From assembly GCA_020184695.1 (NCBI GenBank), contig JAANOX010000061.1, forward strand, positions 558,001 through 622,000: 64,000 nucleotides of DNA. Direction: 5' to 3'. The notes beneath the pieces are model-generated. The model did not search any database. It was not told the DNA's origin and saw only the letters and a list, made by a program, of their open reading frames with translations. The position numbers and the translations under genes are program-made. Positions 25,204-37,100 of the stretch are shown here, piece after piece. This stretch comes from Histomonas meleagridis 2922-C6/04-290x. Lineage: Eukaryota; Protista; Parabasalia. Position 1 is the first letter of the stretch; each line of letters opens with the position of its first letter.

Positions 25204-26503
25204 ATGGTATGTTTCTATTTTAATTGATAGGGAGGAATACAAAGCAATACAAACTATAAAATATTGTTTATTTAGATTTTAACAATAGGTTACTCGGCTT
25301 AGATAATTCTGGAAAAACATCAATTTTGGAATCAATGACTGGGGGTTCTCCACAAACAACTTCACCAACACGTGGATTTAACGTGAAATCAATGGTGTTT
25401 AATGGTGTAGACCTGAATGCTTTTGATATTGGAGGCCAACAATCATTAAGAATTTATTGGGCAAATTATTATCCAAAAACTAATGGTATCGTTTGGGTAA
25501 TAGATAGCACTGATAGACGTCGTATGTTTGAGACTGGTCTTGAGTTAGTTGCTCTTTTAAAAGAACCTAAATTAGAAGGAAAGCCACTTTTAATTCTTGC
25601 AAACAAGCAAGATTTGGCCACTGCAATGATTGCATCTGAAGTATATTTATGTTCTAACTACAGATTTCAAATGAACTTGAGTTGCATCAAATCAGAAATA
25701 GGAATTGGCATATCCAAGATTGTTCAGCAATAACTGGCTATGGACTTCAAGAGGGAATGGAATGGATGGTACAAAATTTGGTATCACGCGAAAAATCACA
25801 AAACTTGAGGAAAGAACTTACAATTGCTAATAACAAACCACCAAAAGAACATGAAAATACTCCATCGAAAAACAAATTATTGTTCAAGTCTAAAGAGCGT
25901 GAAAACAAGAAACAGAAAGAAACCAAAAAACAAGAAACAAATGAAAAGAAGGCAGGAAAGTTTTCGATGTTCAAAAGAGGAAAGTCTCCAAAGAAACAAA
26001 AGAAAGAAGAAACTAACACAAAAGAAAATGAAATTAAACTTGTTCAAGAAGAGTCTTCTTCAAAAGATAACGAACCAGGAAATAACAACGAAAACGAAAA
26101 AGATGTCAAAAAAGAGAAGAAATCTTTGTTCAAAAGAGGGAAATCACCAAAGAAACAGAAAAAAGAAACAAATGCAGGAAAAGAAGACACTAAAAAAGAA
26201 AAAACATCATTGTTCAAACGTGGCAAATCCCCAATGAAGCAGAAAAAAGAAGTAGGCGCTGGGAAAGAAGGTAATGAAGATGAAGGCACCAAAAAAGGAA
26301 AGACATCATTATTCAAAAGAGGCAAATCTCCAAAGAAACAGAAAAAAGAAGGAGATTCTAGAAAAGAAGAAAATAATGATAAAGAAGCAGAAGAAGAAAA
26401 TAAAGACAAAGAAACAGAAGAAGAAAATAAAGACAAGCAAGAAGATAAACACGAAGCAAAAGATGAAAAACAAGAAATCGGAGATCAAAGCGAAAGCAAG
26501 TAA
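25204..26503 (+). CDS. ARL2/ARL3-like small GTPase with a long Lys/Glu-rich C-terminal extension; 4 exons (25204-25206, 25231-25265, 25289-25640, 25664-26503), 409 aa
   Basis: Removing three GT-AG introns gives MGGIQSNTNYKILLLGLDNSGKTS...DIGGQ...NKQD...ISNELELHQIRNRNWHIQDCSAITG with a continuous frame. Confidence 0.9.
25207..25230 (+). other. 24-nt spliceosomal intron
   Basis: GTATGT...TTTAATTGATAG immediately after the ATG; removal restores MG and removes TGA-TAG. Confidence 0.85.
25266..25288 (+). other. 23-nt spliceosomal intron
   Basis: GTTTAT...TTTAACAATAG; removal restores KILLLGLDNSGKT. Confidence 0.88.
25641..25663 (+). other. 23-nt spliceosomal intron
   Basis: GTATAT...TCTAACTACAG; removal joins ORFs 25326 and 25682 in frame. 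Confidence 0.9.
25967..26348 (+). repeat. Five imperfect coding repeats of FKRGKSP(K/M)KQKK
   Basis: Seen directly in the translation of ORF 25682-26503. Confidence 0.9.
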
Positions 26504-26527
26504 AATTTTGGGTGCCCTTTTTTGGGG

Positions 26528-27163
26528 ATGCTCCAAAAGATATTTTCCATGTTTCATAAACTACACAACTTTTCAATACTTTATTTAATGTCAATGATAA
26601 CAAAAGAAGAAATTTCCCTTCAAAACAGAATAATTGAATTTCAACAATTCGTTCAAAATGCTGAAAATGAGGCCCAGAAATCAGTTGCTTTCGGAAATAC
26701 AGAGATGGAATCTGCTTTAAAAAATCTTCAAGAATTAATAAAGATGATGAATTATTCCATAAAAGAAGCGGAAGCTGTTCCTCAAACTTTACAGAGATGT
26801 CGAGATTTCCTAGAGAATTCACAAAATCCATTGAGAGTATTATTGATGAAACATGAACCAAATGATTTATTACAATTTATCAAATCAAATAACGTAGAAA
26901 ATTTCTTCACACCAAATACACAACAGGATTCAGACATTATTGTTAATTTATTAATCCAATTAAATGTTCTCCATAATGAACCTATAGCACTTAAATGGAT
27001 GGAATTCGCGTTAATGGATTTAGACACCCGAAACAGGTATGTTAGAGAAAATGCAGTACCAGTTTTAAAAAAACTTTTGGTAACTATTGATGCAAAAACT
27101 ACTTCACAAGCACACATGATACACCACCTTATTCAATCTCATTTAGCTGAACTAGAAAAATAG
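26528..27163 (+). CDS. Small protein resembling the EDC4/Ge-1 C-terminal domain
   Basis: Coiled-coil-like N-terminal half, then NLLIQL...LKWMEFALMDLD...RENAVPVLKKL, resembling the EDC4 C-terminal helical domain; start uncertain. Confidence 0.45.
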   Translation: MLQKIFSMFHKLHNFSILYLMSMITKEEISLQNRIIEFQQFVQNAENEAQKSVAFGNTEMESALKNLQELIKMMNYSIKEAEAVPQTLQRCRDFLENSQNPLRVLLMKHEPNDLLQFIKSNNVENFFTPNTQQDSDIIVNLLIQLNVLHNEPIALKWMEFALMDLDTRNRYVRENAVPVLKKLLVTIDAKTTSQAHMIHHLIQSHLAELEK

Positions 27164-27736
27164 AATAAAGATGAAATTCCAAAAAAAAAGTTTTTTTTTA
27201 AATCACTAAACATTTATTATTCACTTTTTTGTTTTATTTTAAAGTTATGTTTTTTCACTCACTTTCGTTCCAATGATCATCTTATCACAGGGATTTTGTT
27301 AAGTGCTTTTGTGTTGATATATTCTCTCTAAATTGTTAAAAAAATTATTGTGAATATAATACATGCATATTTTAAAAAATTGATTTTCATGTTTCAATGT
27401 ACATTTGAAATCTCATCAATATAAACACATATTTATAATTCATTTTGATTGCTAACAATGATAATTTTTATAATTAAAAATATTGATGTTTTTTAATTGT
27501 GTTTGAGAAAAACAGAAAAAATCGCAAAAAATTTACATTTGATAATCGGAAAAATTTTGATTGTATTTCACCCCTTGCCTCAAAATTTAAAAATCATAGA
27601 GTAAGAATTTTACTTGATATCACGGCTTAAGCCAAATTAACGGTCACTAAACTGTCGGCATCGTTTATTCCCAAGACGTTAATATAACCGCAAAATTTTT
27701 GGTTTTGATTTCATTTTCCGTTTAAATTTTTTGCAG

Positions 27737-28036
27737 ATGTCATCCTATGCTCTATTTGGGAACCAAAAAAAGCAAGAAAACACAAACATCCAATCCAGAT
27801 TTGGTGTAAAACAGAACCCATTAGCTCCACGTCAAGCTTTTGGAGATATCACTAATCGAGATTTCGGATCTTATTCTCAGCCAACAACTACAGAACATCC
27901 TCCCCCTGAAAAAATATTTTTTGCACCTCAGCCAAAGCCATATGAAGGGTATCATTATGAAATCGATGATGAGCCATGGTTTGACACAGAAATCGAACTA
28001 GAACCTCAATCCCTTTTTGAGCCTGTTCAGTGGTAA
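27737..28036 (+). CDS. 99-aa low-complexity protein with a destruction-box-like motif
   Basis: RQAFGDITN at 27830-27856; acidic C-terminus. Confidence 0.7.
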   Translation: MSSYALFGNQKKQENTNIQSRFGVKQNPLAPRQAFGDITNRDFGSYSQPTTTEHPPPEKIFFAPQPKPYEGYHYEIDDEPWFDTEIELEPQSLFEPVQW

Positions 28037-28219
28037 TGCATTTTTAAATTTTTATCATTTTGATTTTTTTATTTCGTTAAACATGGTAATTTACTTTCAA
28101 CTTTTTTTTGATCAATCTAGAAACCTCAAAGGATCCAAACTTTTGTTAAATGAAAAAATGCATTACCATAAGCAAAACATAAAACAAAGATTAAAAACAT
28201 TTTAATTTTATTAATTTTT

Positions 28220-29740
28220 TCACTTTTCTTTAACAAGTTCTTCTAAAGACTCCAAATAAATTTTTGCCTTTTCCCTTTGTCTTTGAGGCAATTTCTGTGT
28301 TCTCATCGAGAATGCGAACAATTCAATTTGCGCCTCATTTTTCGTTATTGGCTCGACATCTATCGAGTTCGGCAACGACATATGTTTTTTAATGAATCGC
28401 AAATACGATTTTTTAGATGGAGTTTCGAACATTGGCTCGGAATTAGTTTTGTTTAACAATGGGAACAATTCCAAATGCGGCGAATTCACTACATATGGAA
28501 ATGGAACAGGCGATGAGTTATCTCTAACGTTGATATAACCCAATTTTATATTATTTTTACCGTTATAAATAATTTTCGCTGCTTCTATAAACTCTAAAAG
28601 ATGTTTTTTATGGTTTTGTGGATCATAATATAACACAGCGACATCATTCTCATTATCATTTAAGAAATCGGAATATGTTTTACCAACGATTTTAGTCACA
28701 TATTCATATTCTTGTTTTTTCGGTATTTTTTCCGAATAATATTTTCTTTTAATTTCATTGTTTTTGATTTTGTGTAAGTATTCATTAACTTTAATAGTGA
28801 AATCATTGTCTGCTATGTTAAATGTTTCATTTGTTGGATAATAAAACCCATTAATATATGAAAACACTATAAACGTTGGAATTGTTATATTTCCTTTTCG
28901 TACAACATCTTTAACATATTTTATATCTTTAGCTTCAAGGACACCGATCATAAACTCTTTGTTATTTTCACCGATTTCATAAAGTTTATTATGTATTGTT
29001 TCATTATATTGTTCATCAATATAAACACCAAATATTTCATTTCGGGTTTTCATAGTATTAGAGTCAATATGACTATAATATGGACGTGATGAATTATATA
29101 ATGATGTCGTGGTATGACCAATGGGTAATATGGTCATATCTTTGAGACGGAATAAACCATAATCAGAGCCATTAAGACCAACTTCATCCATTACTTTCCG
29201 TGATGATAATATAACATTACAACTGTCAATATATGGCAATGTGCGAGTGACTAAAAATGAGGCTTGAGCTCCATTCCGTGGTTCGCAAATAAGTGATAGT
29301 TTAACATTCCCAAGGAGATTATAAAGTTCTTCAGTGGTTTCGGTAACTTTGTTGTTGGGATCTAACCAAGAACTGATGAGAAAAATAAGTTCTTTCTCCG
29401 TGGATGGAAAAGGACATGAAAATGCAAGACGCCCATTGAAGAAAAGTACAAGAGCTGGCGCTTGAACTGGTATGGCAGCCATGATTGATTGAGCTTCATT
29501 TAATTTAAAATATGCAAACTCTGCAATTCGTGAAAAAAAGGAAGCAACTTTGGCAAAAGTAAGAAGAAACATTTGTGTCTCATCAAATGAATTATCTGGA
29601 ATTATCATGGAAATTAAAACTTCTCGCTTAGGCTTAAAATCAGAAAACGTAATTTCATTTAATTGCATTACTGCTGGTATGGCTGTATTTTCATAAGGAA
29701 CAAAAATTGATAGAGAAAAAGAAAAAAGAAACAGAAGCAT
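28220..29740 (-). CDS. Secreted/ER thioredoxin-fold PDI-like protein without CxxC
   Basis: N-terminal signal peptide MLLFLFSFSLSIF; TKIVGKTYSDFL..DVAVLYY resembles the PDI a' domain but lacks CGHC. Confidence 0.6.
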   Translation of the reverse strand: MLLFLFSFSLSIFVPYENTAIPAVMQLNEITFSDFKPKREVLISMIIPDNSFDETQMFLLTFAKVASFFSRIAEFAYFKLNEAQSIMAAIPVQAPALVLFFNGRLAFSCPFPSTEKELIFLISSWLDPNNKVTETTEELYNLLGNVKLSLICEPRNGAQASFLVTRTLPYIDSCNVILSSRKVMDEVGLNGSDYGLFRLKDMTILPIGHTTTSLYNSSRPYYSHIDSNTMKTRNEIFGVYIDEQYNETIHNKLYEIGENNKEFMIGVLEAKDIKYVKDVVRKGNITIPTFIVFSYINGFYYPTNETFNIADNDFTIKVNEYLHKIKNNEIKRKYYSEKIPKKQEYEYVTKIVGKTYSDFLNDNENDVAVLYYDPQNHKKHLLEFIEAAKIIYNGKNNIKLGYINVRDNSSPVPFPYVVNSPHLELFPLLNKTNSEPMFETPSKKSYLRFIKKHMSLPNSIDVEPITKNEAQIELFAFSMRTQKLPQRQREKAKIYLESLEELVKEK

Positions 29741-30300
29741 TCTGGTAAAACCTCAAATCCGATCAAAATTCATTCAAATATTTATGAATCGAGTTTTTTC
29801 AGGAAAACAAATGAAATAAATTTATTTAAATTATTTTATACAGCACACCTGATTGTCCATGCGAATGCTACATTGCAATAGCTGACCTATGAACAAGAAA
29901 AATCAATGCTTGCTCAAACATCTGTGTATCACCTATAATGTTATAAGATTATAAGATCTATAACCAATGACATTACAGATTATCATTTTTTTACCAAATT
30001 AAATCCTTGTTTCTTTTGGAAAAAGATATAATAATGTTAACATTAGAATAACTATTACTTCGAAGTAATATTTATCATATGTTAACATTTTTGTTATTGA
30101 ATCCCTAATATCCCCAGTAAGATTATCTATGTATTGCATGTTTTTACAAAAAGATTGATTAAACAGTGAAAATCATTTTTTATTCATGTATTTCAATCTT
30201 TTTGGCATCCGACACTTTTATGAGCTAAATGACACTTTTCAGAACTTTTTGAATGAGGAAAAGAAGATTTTCCTCATCGTAAACCGCAAAAACAGTTCAT

Positions 30301-30912
30301 ATGAATGCGCAAGCTCAGCTTGTAAAATTCATTGTAATAGGGAATGCAGGCGTAGGGAAAACGAGCATAATCAATCGGCTTGTAAGGGATGATTACGACC
30401 CAGAGGTTACTCCAACAATTGGTGTTGATTACGTTAATTTTGATACAACAGTTCAAAATGAACCATTCCATATAATCATATGGGATACTGCTGGTCAAGA
30501 AAGGTACTTCAACATTATAAGAAATTATTTCCGAAATTCATTAGGAATAATCCTTGTTTTTGACATTACATCAAGACATTCATTTGAGAAAATACCATTC
30601 TGGCTCAAGACAGCAAGAAAAGAAGCCGATCCGAATTGCCAAGTTATGCTTATCGGAAACAAAAGTGATTTTCAATCAATAAGAGAAGTATCAAACGAAG
30701 AAGCAGAAAAGTTTGCTGAAGAGAATCAAATTTTATGTTATATGGAGACATCTGCTCTCAACAATAAGAACATTAAGGAAGCATTCATGAAATTAACAGA
30801 AAAAATCTATAACCTTATGTCAACTGGCGAAATCAATATTGAGCCATACAACACAGCCACTAAAGTTAGTAACAACGATAGTGCCGAAGAAACAAAGAAA
30901 TCTTGTTGTTAA
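30301..30912 (+). CDS. Rab-family GTPase
   Basis: GNAGVGKT, PTIGVD, WDTAGQERY, GNKSD, ETSAL and a C-terminal CC prenylation motif. Confidence 0.95.
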   Translation: MNAQAQLVKFIVIGNAGVGKTSIINRLVRDDYDPEVTPTIGVDYVNFDTTVQNEPFHIIIWDTAGQERYFNIIRNYFRNSLGIILVFDITSRHSFEKIPFWLKTARKEADPNCQVMLIGNKSDFQSIREVSNEEAEKFAEENQILCYMETSALNNKNIKEAFMKLTEKIYNLMSTGEINIEPYNTATKVSNNDSAEETKKSCC

Positions 30913-31114
30913 ATAAATACATGAACATGATATTTAAATCTAATTTTTGTATTAAATCCAAAAACACTTGTAGTAGTTTTTCTAATTTTTTTGTGTTAGA
31001 ATTGATATTTTTGCATTAAATGAAATTTTAATTAATAATGTTTATTTTTAGTTCTGTAATGTTTGATAATATTTTATTAAGACAAGTTTCACATGAACTT
31101 CTTGCATTTATGAT

Positions 31115-34100
31115 TTGAAACTTGTTACAACAAGTTCAAACGTGGATAATTTATGTAAAATATTTGAGGCACCCCTAATCATCCATTCGATGATTGCGAA
31201 AAAATTGGATCAAAAAGAAATCTTACTTTCAATATTATCGTGTAAATTAAAGTTTAAAATGAACGAAATAATGTTACATTTAAATCCATATCCAGAACTT
31301 AAAAATTTAAATTATGTAATTTTTAAGAAAGAATATTTTCAAGAAATTGAAGAAGCAGAGTCAAATTCTATTACTAAACTTACCTCTCATTTACCATATA
31401 AATTTGTTTATGACAAACAATCTCTTAATCATTTAAAAAATGTTGATTTAAGCGATAATATAATACATCATTTTATTGGATTTTATCTCTTACAACAATA
31501 TATAGCATTTTTAATACGCTTTGAAGAAGTTAAAATTATTGATGAAGTAATTCCATTATTCCAAATGTTTTCAATTTTTTCCAATCACGAATATCAAAAC
31601 GTTATCAATTTAGCATTTTGTGATATTTTTCGAATTATCCAAGAAAATTTTTCGAGTAATTTATTTTCGACATTATTAACACCATTTTCAGATTATTTTC
31701 TACAGAACTCATCAGTTGACTCAAACACCATTATATATTTACCCATTTTCTTTGATTTAGTCACTAAATCGAATGATTCAGAATTAAATCTCAAAGAATA
31801 TTATTCATTAATTTTATTATTATTTAATTCACGAAATAAAATTTTAAGTCAAAACGTCATTGATTTTATCTTTGAATCATTACAACCCAAATTACTTGAG
31901 TTCGATAAGAAATCATTTTTATTATTAGAACAAATGATTCCATATCTTGATGAAACGATTTTAAATTCATTTTTCCAAACACTTCCATCGAAACTCATTC
32001 GAGAAATATCATTAAATGGGAAACATTTTCTTTTACCCGAAGAAACAAAAAATATCGAAACATTTAAACCTTTTTCTAATCCAGAATGTCGATTTCATTT
32101 CCAAGAGACGCAAACGTTTCAAAATGGATTTAATATTAAAATTAATTTATTTGAAGATAATATTAATATATTAAATAATGTTAATGAAACATTAATCTGT
32201 TCGAAAAACATAAAAAATATTATAATTATGATTTCCGAAACGATATGTAATAATGAAACATTTGCGAAGTTATTTTTAGATTCATTTGTACGTTTTATTA
32301 ATGCAAAATCGAAATCGAAACATCAAAATGAATATTTTGGGTTCTTAGTTATATTATGGTGTAATTTATCGAATAATATTAAAATCGAAAACTTATTAAT
32401 TCCGAATAATTTATTTAATCCTTTCATTACTATATATAATAATACATCGAAAGATTATATTAATGAACTTATTACACTTAGATATTATAGTGTTTTAGGT
32501 ATTCTTTTAATATCACCACAAAGTTTAAATGAATTAATATTAAATATAATTAAATATCCAAATTTATTCATCGATATTATTGAAATGTTAATATTAAATA
32601 TTGATAAGTTTAATAATGTTTTATATGAAAACCCAAAAAATTTTATAAGAAATATTCGTTTAGTTGCATTACAACTTCAAAATGAAAACTTTCAACCAAC
32701 AATATCAATTGATCTAATTGAGAAAAGTCGAATTTCTTTATTTCGTTTATTAAATTTATGTTTTAAAGAATATAAAATATTAAAATTGTTTTTAGAAGAT
32801 GCGATTTTTTTACCATTTTTTCTTTCATTGTTATATGAAGAAAAAATACGAAAATTTGTATTAAAGAAAATCAAAAATTATATTAAAGAAAAAAACATTT
32901 CGGAAAATTTTTTGTTTTCTATTGATCAAACAATTATACAAATTACGCCATCATTAAAACATACGAAATATTTTAAATTAATGACTGATATCATTAAAAC
33001 GTTGAAATATTCGATTGAATTTCCGAATTATTTTAATAATATATGTAAATCACTTAAAGAACAATTAAAATATTTTAATGAAAATGATAATAATTCTTAT
33101 GAATTATTAATAGAAACTATCAAATTATATGTTAAAATTCCGAATTTATCTAAATCATGTATTTTAGCATTAGAAACTCCAATGAAGAAAATTAAATCAT
33201 TTGGGAAAAATGAGTTTTATATATTATGTGATTTATTATCAGGTGAATTTTTATCAGATTATACGAAAATGTTTGAAATTAAAAATGGCGAAACGATAAA
33301 TTTATTATTTAAATTATTTATTAATAATAATGAAATTGATATTTTAGATTTCATATATAAACTTTGTAAAAATTCGAATCATAATTGTTATGAATGTCAT
33401 ATAAATGAATTTGATATATTCCTTTTAGATTATATTTTTGAAAATAGAGAAAATGATATAACTAAAATACCAAAAGCTTTAGAAATTGTATCGATCATTT
33501 CTTCATATATTTCATCACCGATAGTTGTTCAACGTTATATATCATTATTTATACCTATAGAAAATAGATATATATCTAAAATTCATCATTTGTTATTAAA
33601 CCCATTACGAAATATCTTTAAAAACTCATTTAATTCTCCTTATTTAAGTATACCTTTAAACATTGAACATGTTCATGAAATTGAAATTTTTGATAAATTT
33701 TCATTTATTTTTTGGTGTTATTTTGAAGATAAAACAGAAACAAATATAATTTCAATATATACATCGAATAAAGAAAAAATATTTTCATTTTCTGTGAAAG
33801 AATTTGAATTTTATGTTAATATAACACCAACTAAAGTAAAAATACCATTAAAACAATGGTCTTTTATATTTATTAATTATAATGATAAAAAATTTAATTT
33901 ATATATTAACTCTAAATTATATTATTCTTGTGAATTAATAATAAATACTTTAACAGGTTTAGTACATATGAAAATTGGTGGAAGTAAAGACATTCAAAGT
34001 CGAATTGCTAATTTCGGATTATATTCTAAATTAACTAAACAACAAAGTAATTATTTATATCAACTAGGGCCACGTAGTACACGTAAACAATATTCACCAA

Positions 34101-37100
34101 TCTTTTATTATAATGCCGAAAACTTAAAATCGATTTCATCGAAAATATTATTAAGTACTGAAACACATAATTTTACTGATATTTTATTATTATTATTTAA
34201 AATCGAAATATTAATTCCATTATTTGCACAAATTGATTTACCATTAAAATCAGGTAAAGAAAATACGGAATTTAATATCATTAATATTGTTAAAGTCTTT
34301 AAAACATTGTTTTTAGTTGGAGAAATTGAACAATCAGTGTTTGTTAATATAAAAGGCTTTTCGATTATTTCATATTTATTATATTCATCAACATATAAAC
34401 AAATTTCATATAAATTATATAAATCGTTTTATAAAATATTTAAATCGTTAGTAAATGAAGAAGCACAAAAAGATCTTTTTGTAGAAATATTAATAAATCC
34501 TGAATTATGGATTGTTTGTGATAATGATGAACATTTAAAGATATTAAATCATTGGTTAAAAATTATATTTCCGATATATCATTCATTGTTTTTAGAGTTA
34601 ATACCTTTTAAAAGTATTTTGGATATAATGAGAATTTATTATTGGTATAATCCAATTAATAATAATAATATTAAAGGTGATATTAACTCAAATAGAATTC
34701 GAAATATGAATTTAAATATTTTCGAATGTCGAAAAATTTTATTTCAAATTTTAACAAATTTGTCCGAAATTAAATTCGATTCAAATGACTTCGATTATTT
34801 AGTTTATAATGTTTTAACTTTAGAAGATGAAAAACAAAAACTTGAAATATTGTTTTTCATATCTTCAATTGCATGGAATCAAAATATTCCATTAGTTAAT
34901 ATAAATTGTGAAATATTTACTAAAATTTATAATTTAATTATTATTGATTCTGATGATATTATTATAACAATATTTTCTACTTTAATTGATATATATGTTA
35001 ATTCTAAGTTTAAATTAGAATTAACACAACAATTCGAATTCATTTTAGAAATATTAAAACAACGAAAAATTACAATGAAATTATTTAAAGGTTTATATAA
35101 AATACTTAAAATTCAATCATCAAAAATATTTTATATTTGTACTTATTTAAGTTATAAATTAAATAATTTGGAAATATATAATGAAATTAATCCGAAAAAT
35201 GATTATATTGTTAATAATAAATGGTGTTATTATTCAATAAAACAAGCAATTAAAGATAAAAAAGAAAATTCAAAAATTATTTTCCATTTTTTAATTAAAT
35301 GTTCAAATAAAATTTGGTTAAATATTTATAATACTATTGAAGTTTGTTGTCAATTATATAAAATTAAAAGTGATAAACATAAAAAATTATTTATAAAAAC
35401 AATTTATTCAATTATAACGAATGATGAAAATAATAAAAATAAAAATTTTTCGGAAAATGTTTCGAATTTTTTAATACTTTTTAAAGATTATATATTTTTT
35501 AATAACGATTTTTCAACATTAATAAAATTATATAATAATTCGATTTTTTATAGTAATGAAAACATTAATACAAATAATGAAATTTTTAAATATAATTTTA
35601 GATTTACAGATGATTATAAATGGAAAGATATAAATATTATTAAATATATTTTAGAAATTTCATTAAAATTTTTACGGAATTTTGAAACTATTCGAATTTC
35701 ATTAATAGTTTCAGGTTTTGCTTATAAAGAAATACCAAATTTTATAATAAATTATATAACTGAAATGAAATTTACTAATAATGAAATTGAAGAACATTTA
35801 AATGAATTTTTATTTTTACATTATAAAATGCTTTTAGTTAATGATACATTAAATAATTATATTAAACTTTATGATTTTAATAAAGAAATTAATTATAACA
35901 AAATCCAAATATTTCATTTTAATATTAATCAACATATTATTAATAACTTTAATGAAATAATAAAATTCAAACATAATAAATCGGAATTTTTATCAAAACT
36001 TGGAAATAAATTATTAAAATATAATTTCCATTTTAATGAATCAATAATCGATATCATAAATTCGATAAATATTCGATTAGAAAAAAGTAATAAATTATGG
36101 CAAAGACTTTGGAATAATGTAAATACTAATGGCGCTCCATGGTCATTAAATAAATCACAAAATGATATTAAATGGAAACGAGACTTTACATTATGTTTAA
36201 ATTTATGTCCTTTTAAGATGAAACAAAACCATAAATTTAATAATCATATGCAAGCTTCATTCTCACGTGATTCAGGAAGTTCTAAGACAGCATTACAATT
36301 ATTAAATGAATATCAAAAAAAGCTTCAAGAAGAATATCAAAAATTTGCACCTCCCGAAATATTAGAACTTTCTACAATTAAAAATGAATTACAAATTAAC
36401 AATAATAATAATTCATTAATCGAAACTAAAAGTAAACAATTAATGTCTTATGAATGTGAATTAATAAAAATCACAAAAACTTTATTAGCAACTTTTATAT
36501 TATATAATAAATCAATACATATAATTATAAATACAACTAAAAAAACTATAGTTATACCAATAAAACAAATTACGTATATATATTTACGAAGGAAATTCCA
36601 ACATAAAACAGGAATTGAGATATATACTAAAAATGGAATTACATATTTAATAAACTTCATTAAATATTATAACTTAGATATAATTAAGAAAATTATTACA
36701 TTCACAAATATTAATAATCATTTAGTCCAACAAATCGAAGGAATTAATTTCTTTAATTCTTTACCTTATACAGAACAATGGTTAAAACATGAAATTTCTA
36801 CATTCGAATATTTGTTACGTCTTAATATTTGTAGTGGTCGATCATTTAAAGATTCATCACAATATCCAATATTTCCATGGGTAATTACTGACTTCCAAAG
36901 TGATGAATTAAATTTATTAAATCCGATGACATATAGAGATTTAACTAAACCTATAGGTGCATTAACAGAAGAAAGATTACTTGAATTAAAGACAAGATTA
37001 AAAGAAATTGGAGATCAATTTGAACCTTATCTTTATGGTTCATATATTATCTGTCCATTATCAGTATATCTATGGTTTTTACGTATTGAACCATTTACAT

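Noticed and set aside
25747-26861. Overlapping antisense and alternative-frame ORFs over the ARL tail
   Set aside because: By-products of the purine-rich low-complexity repeat; no recognisable protein features
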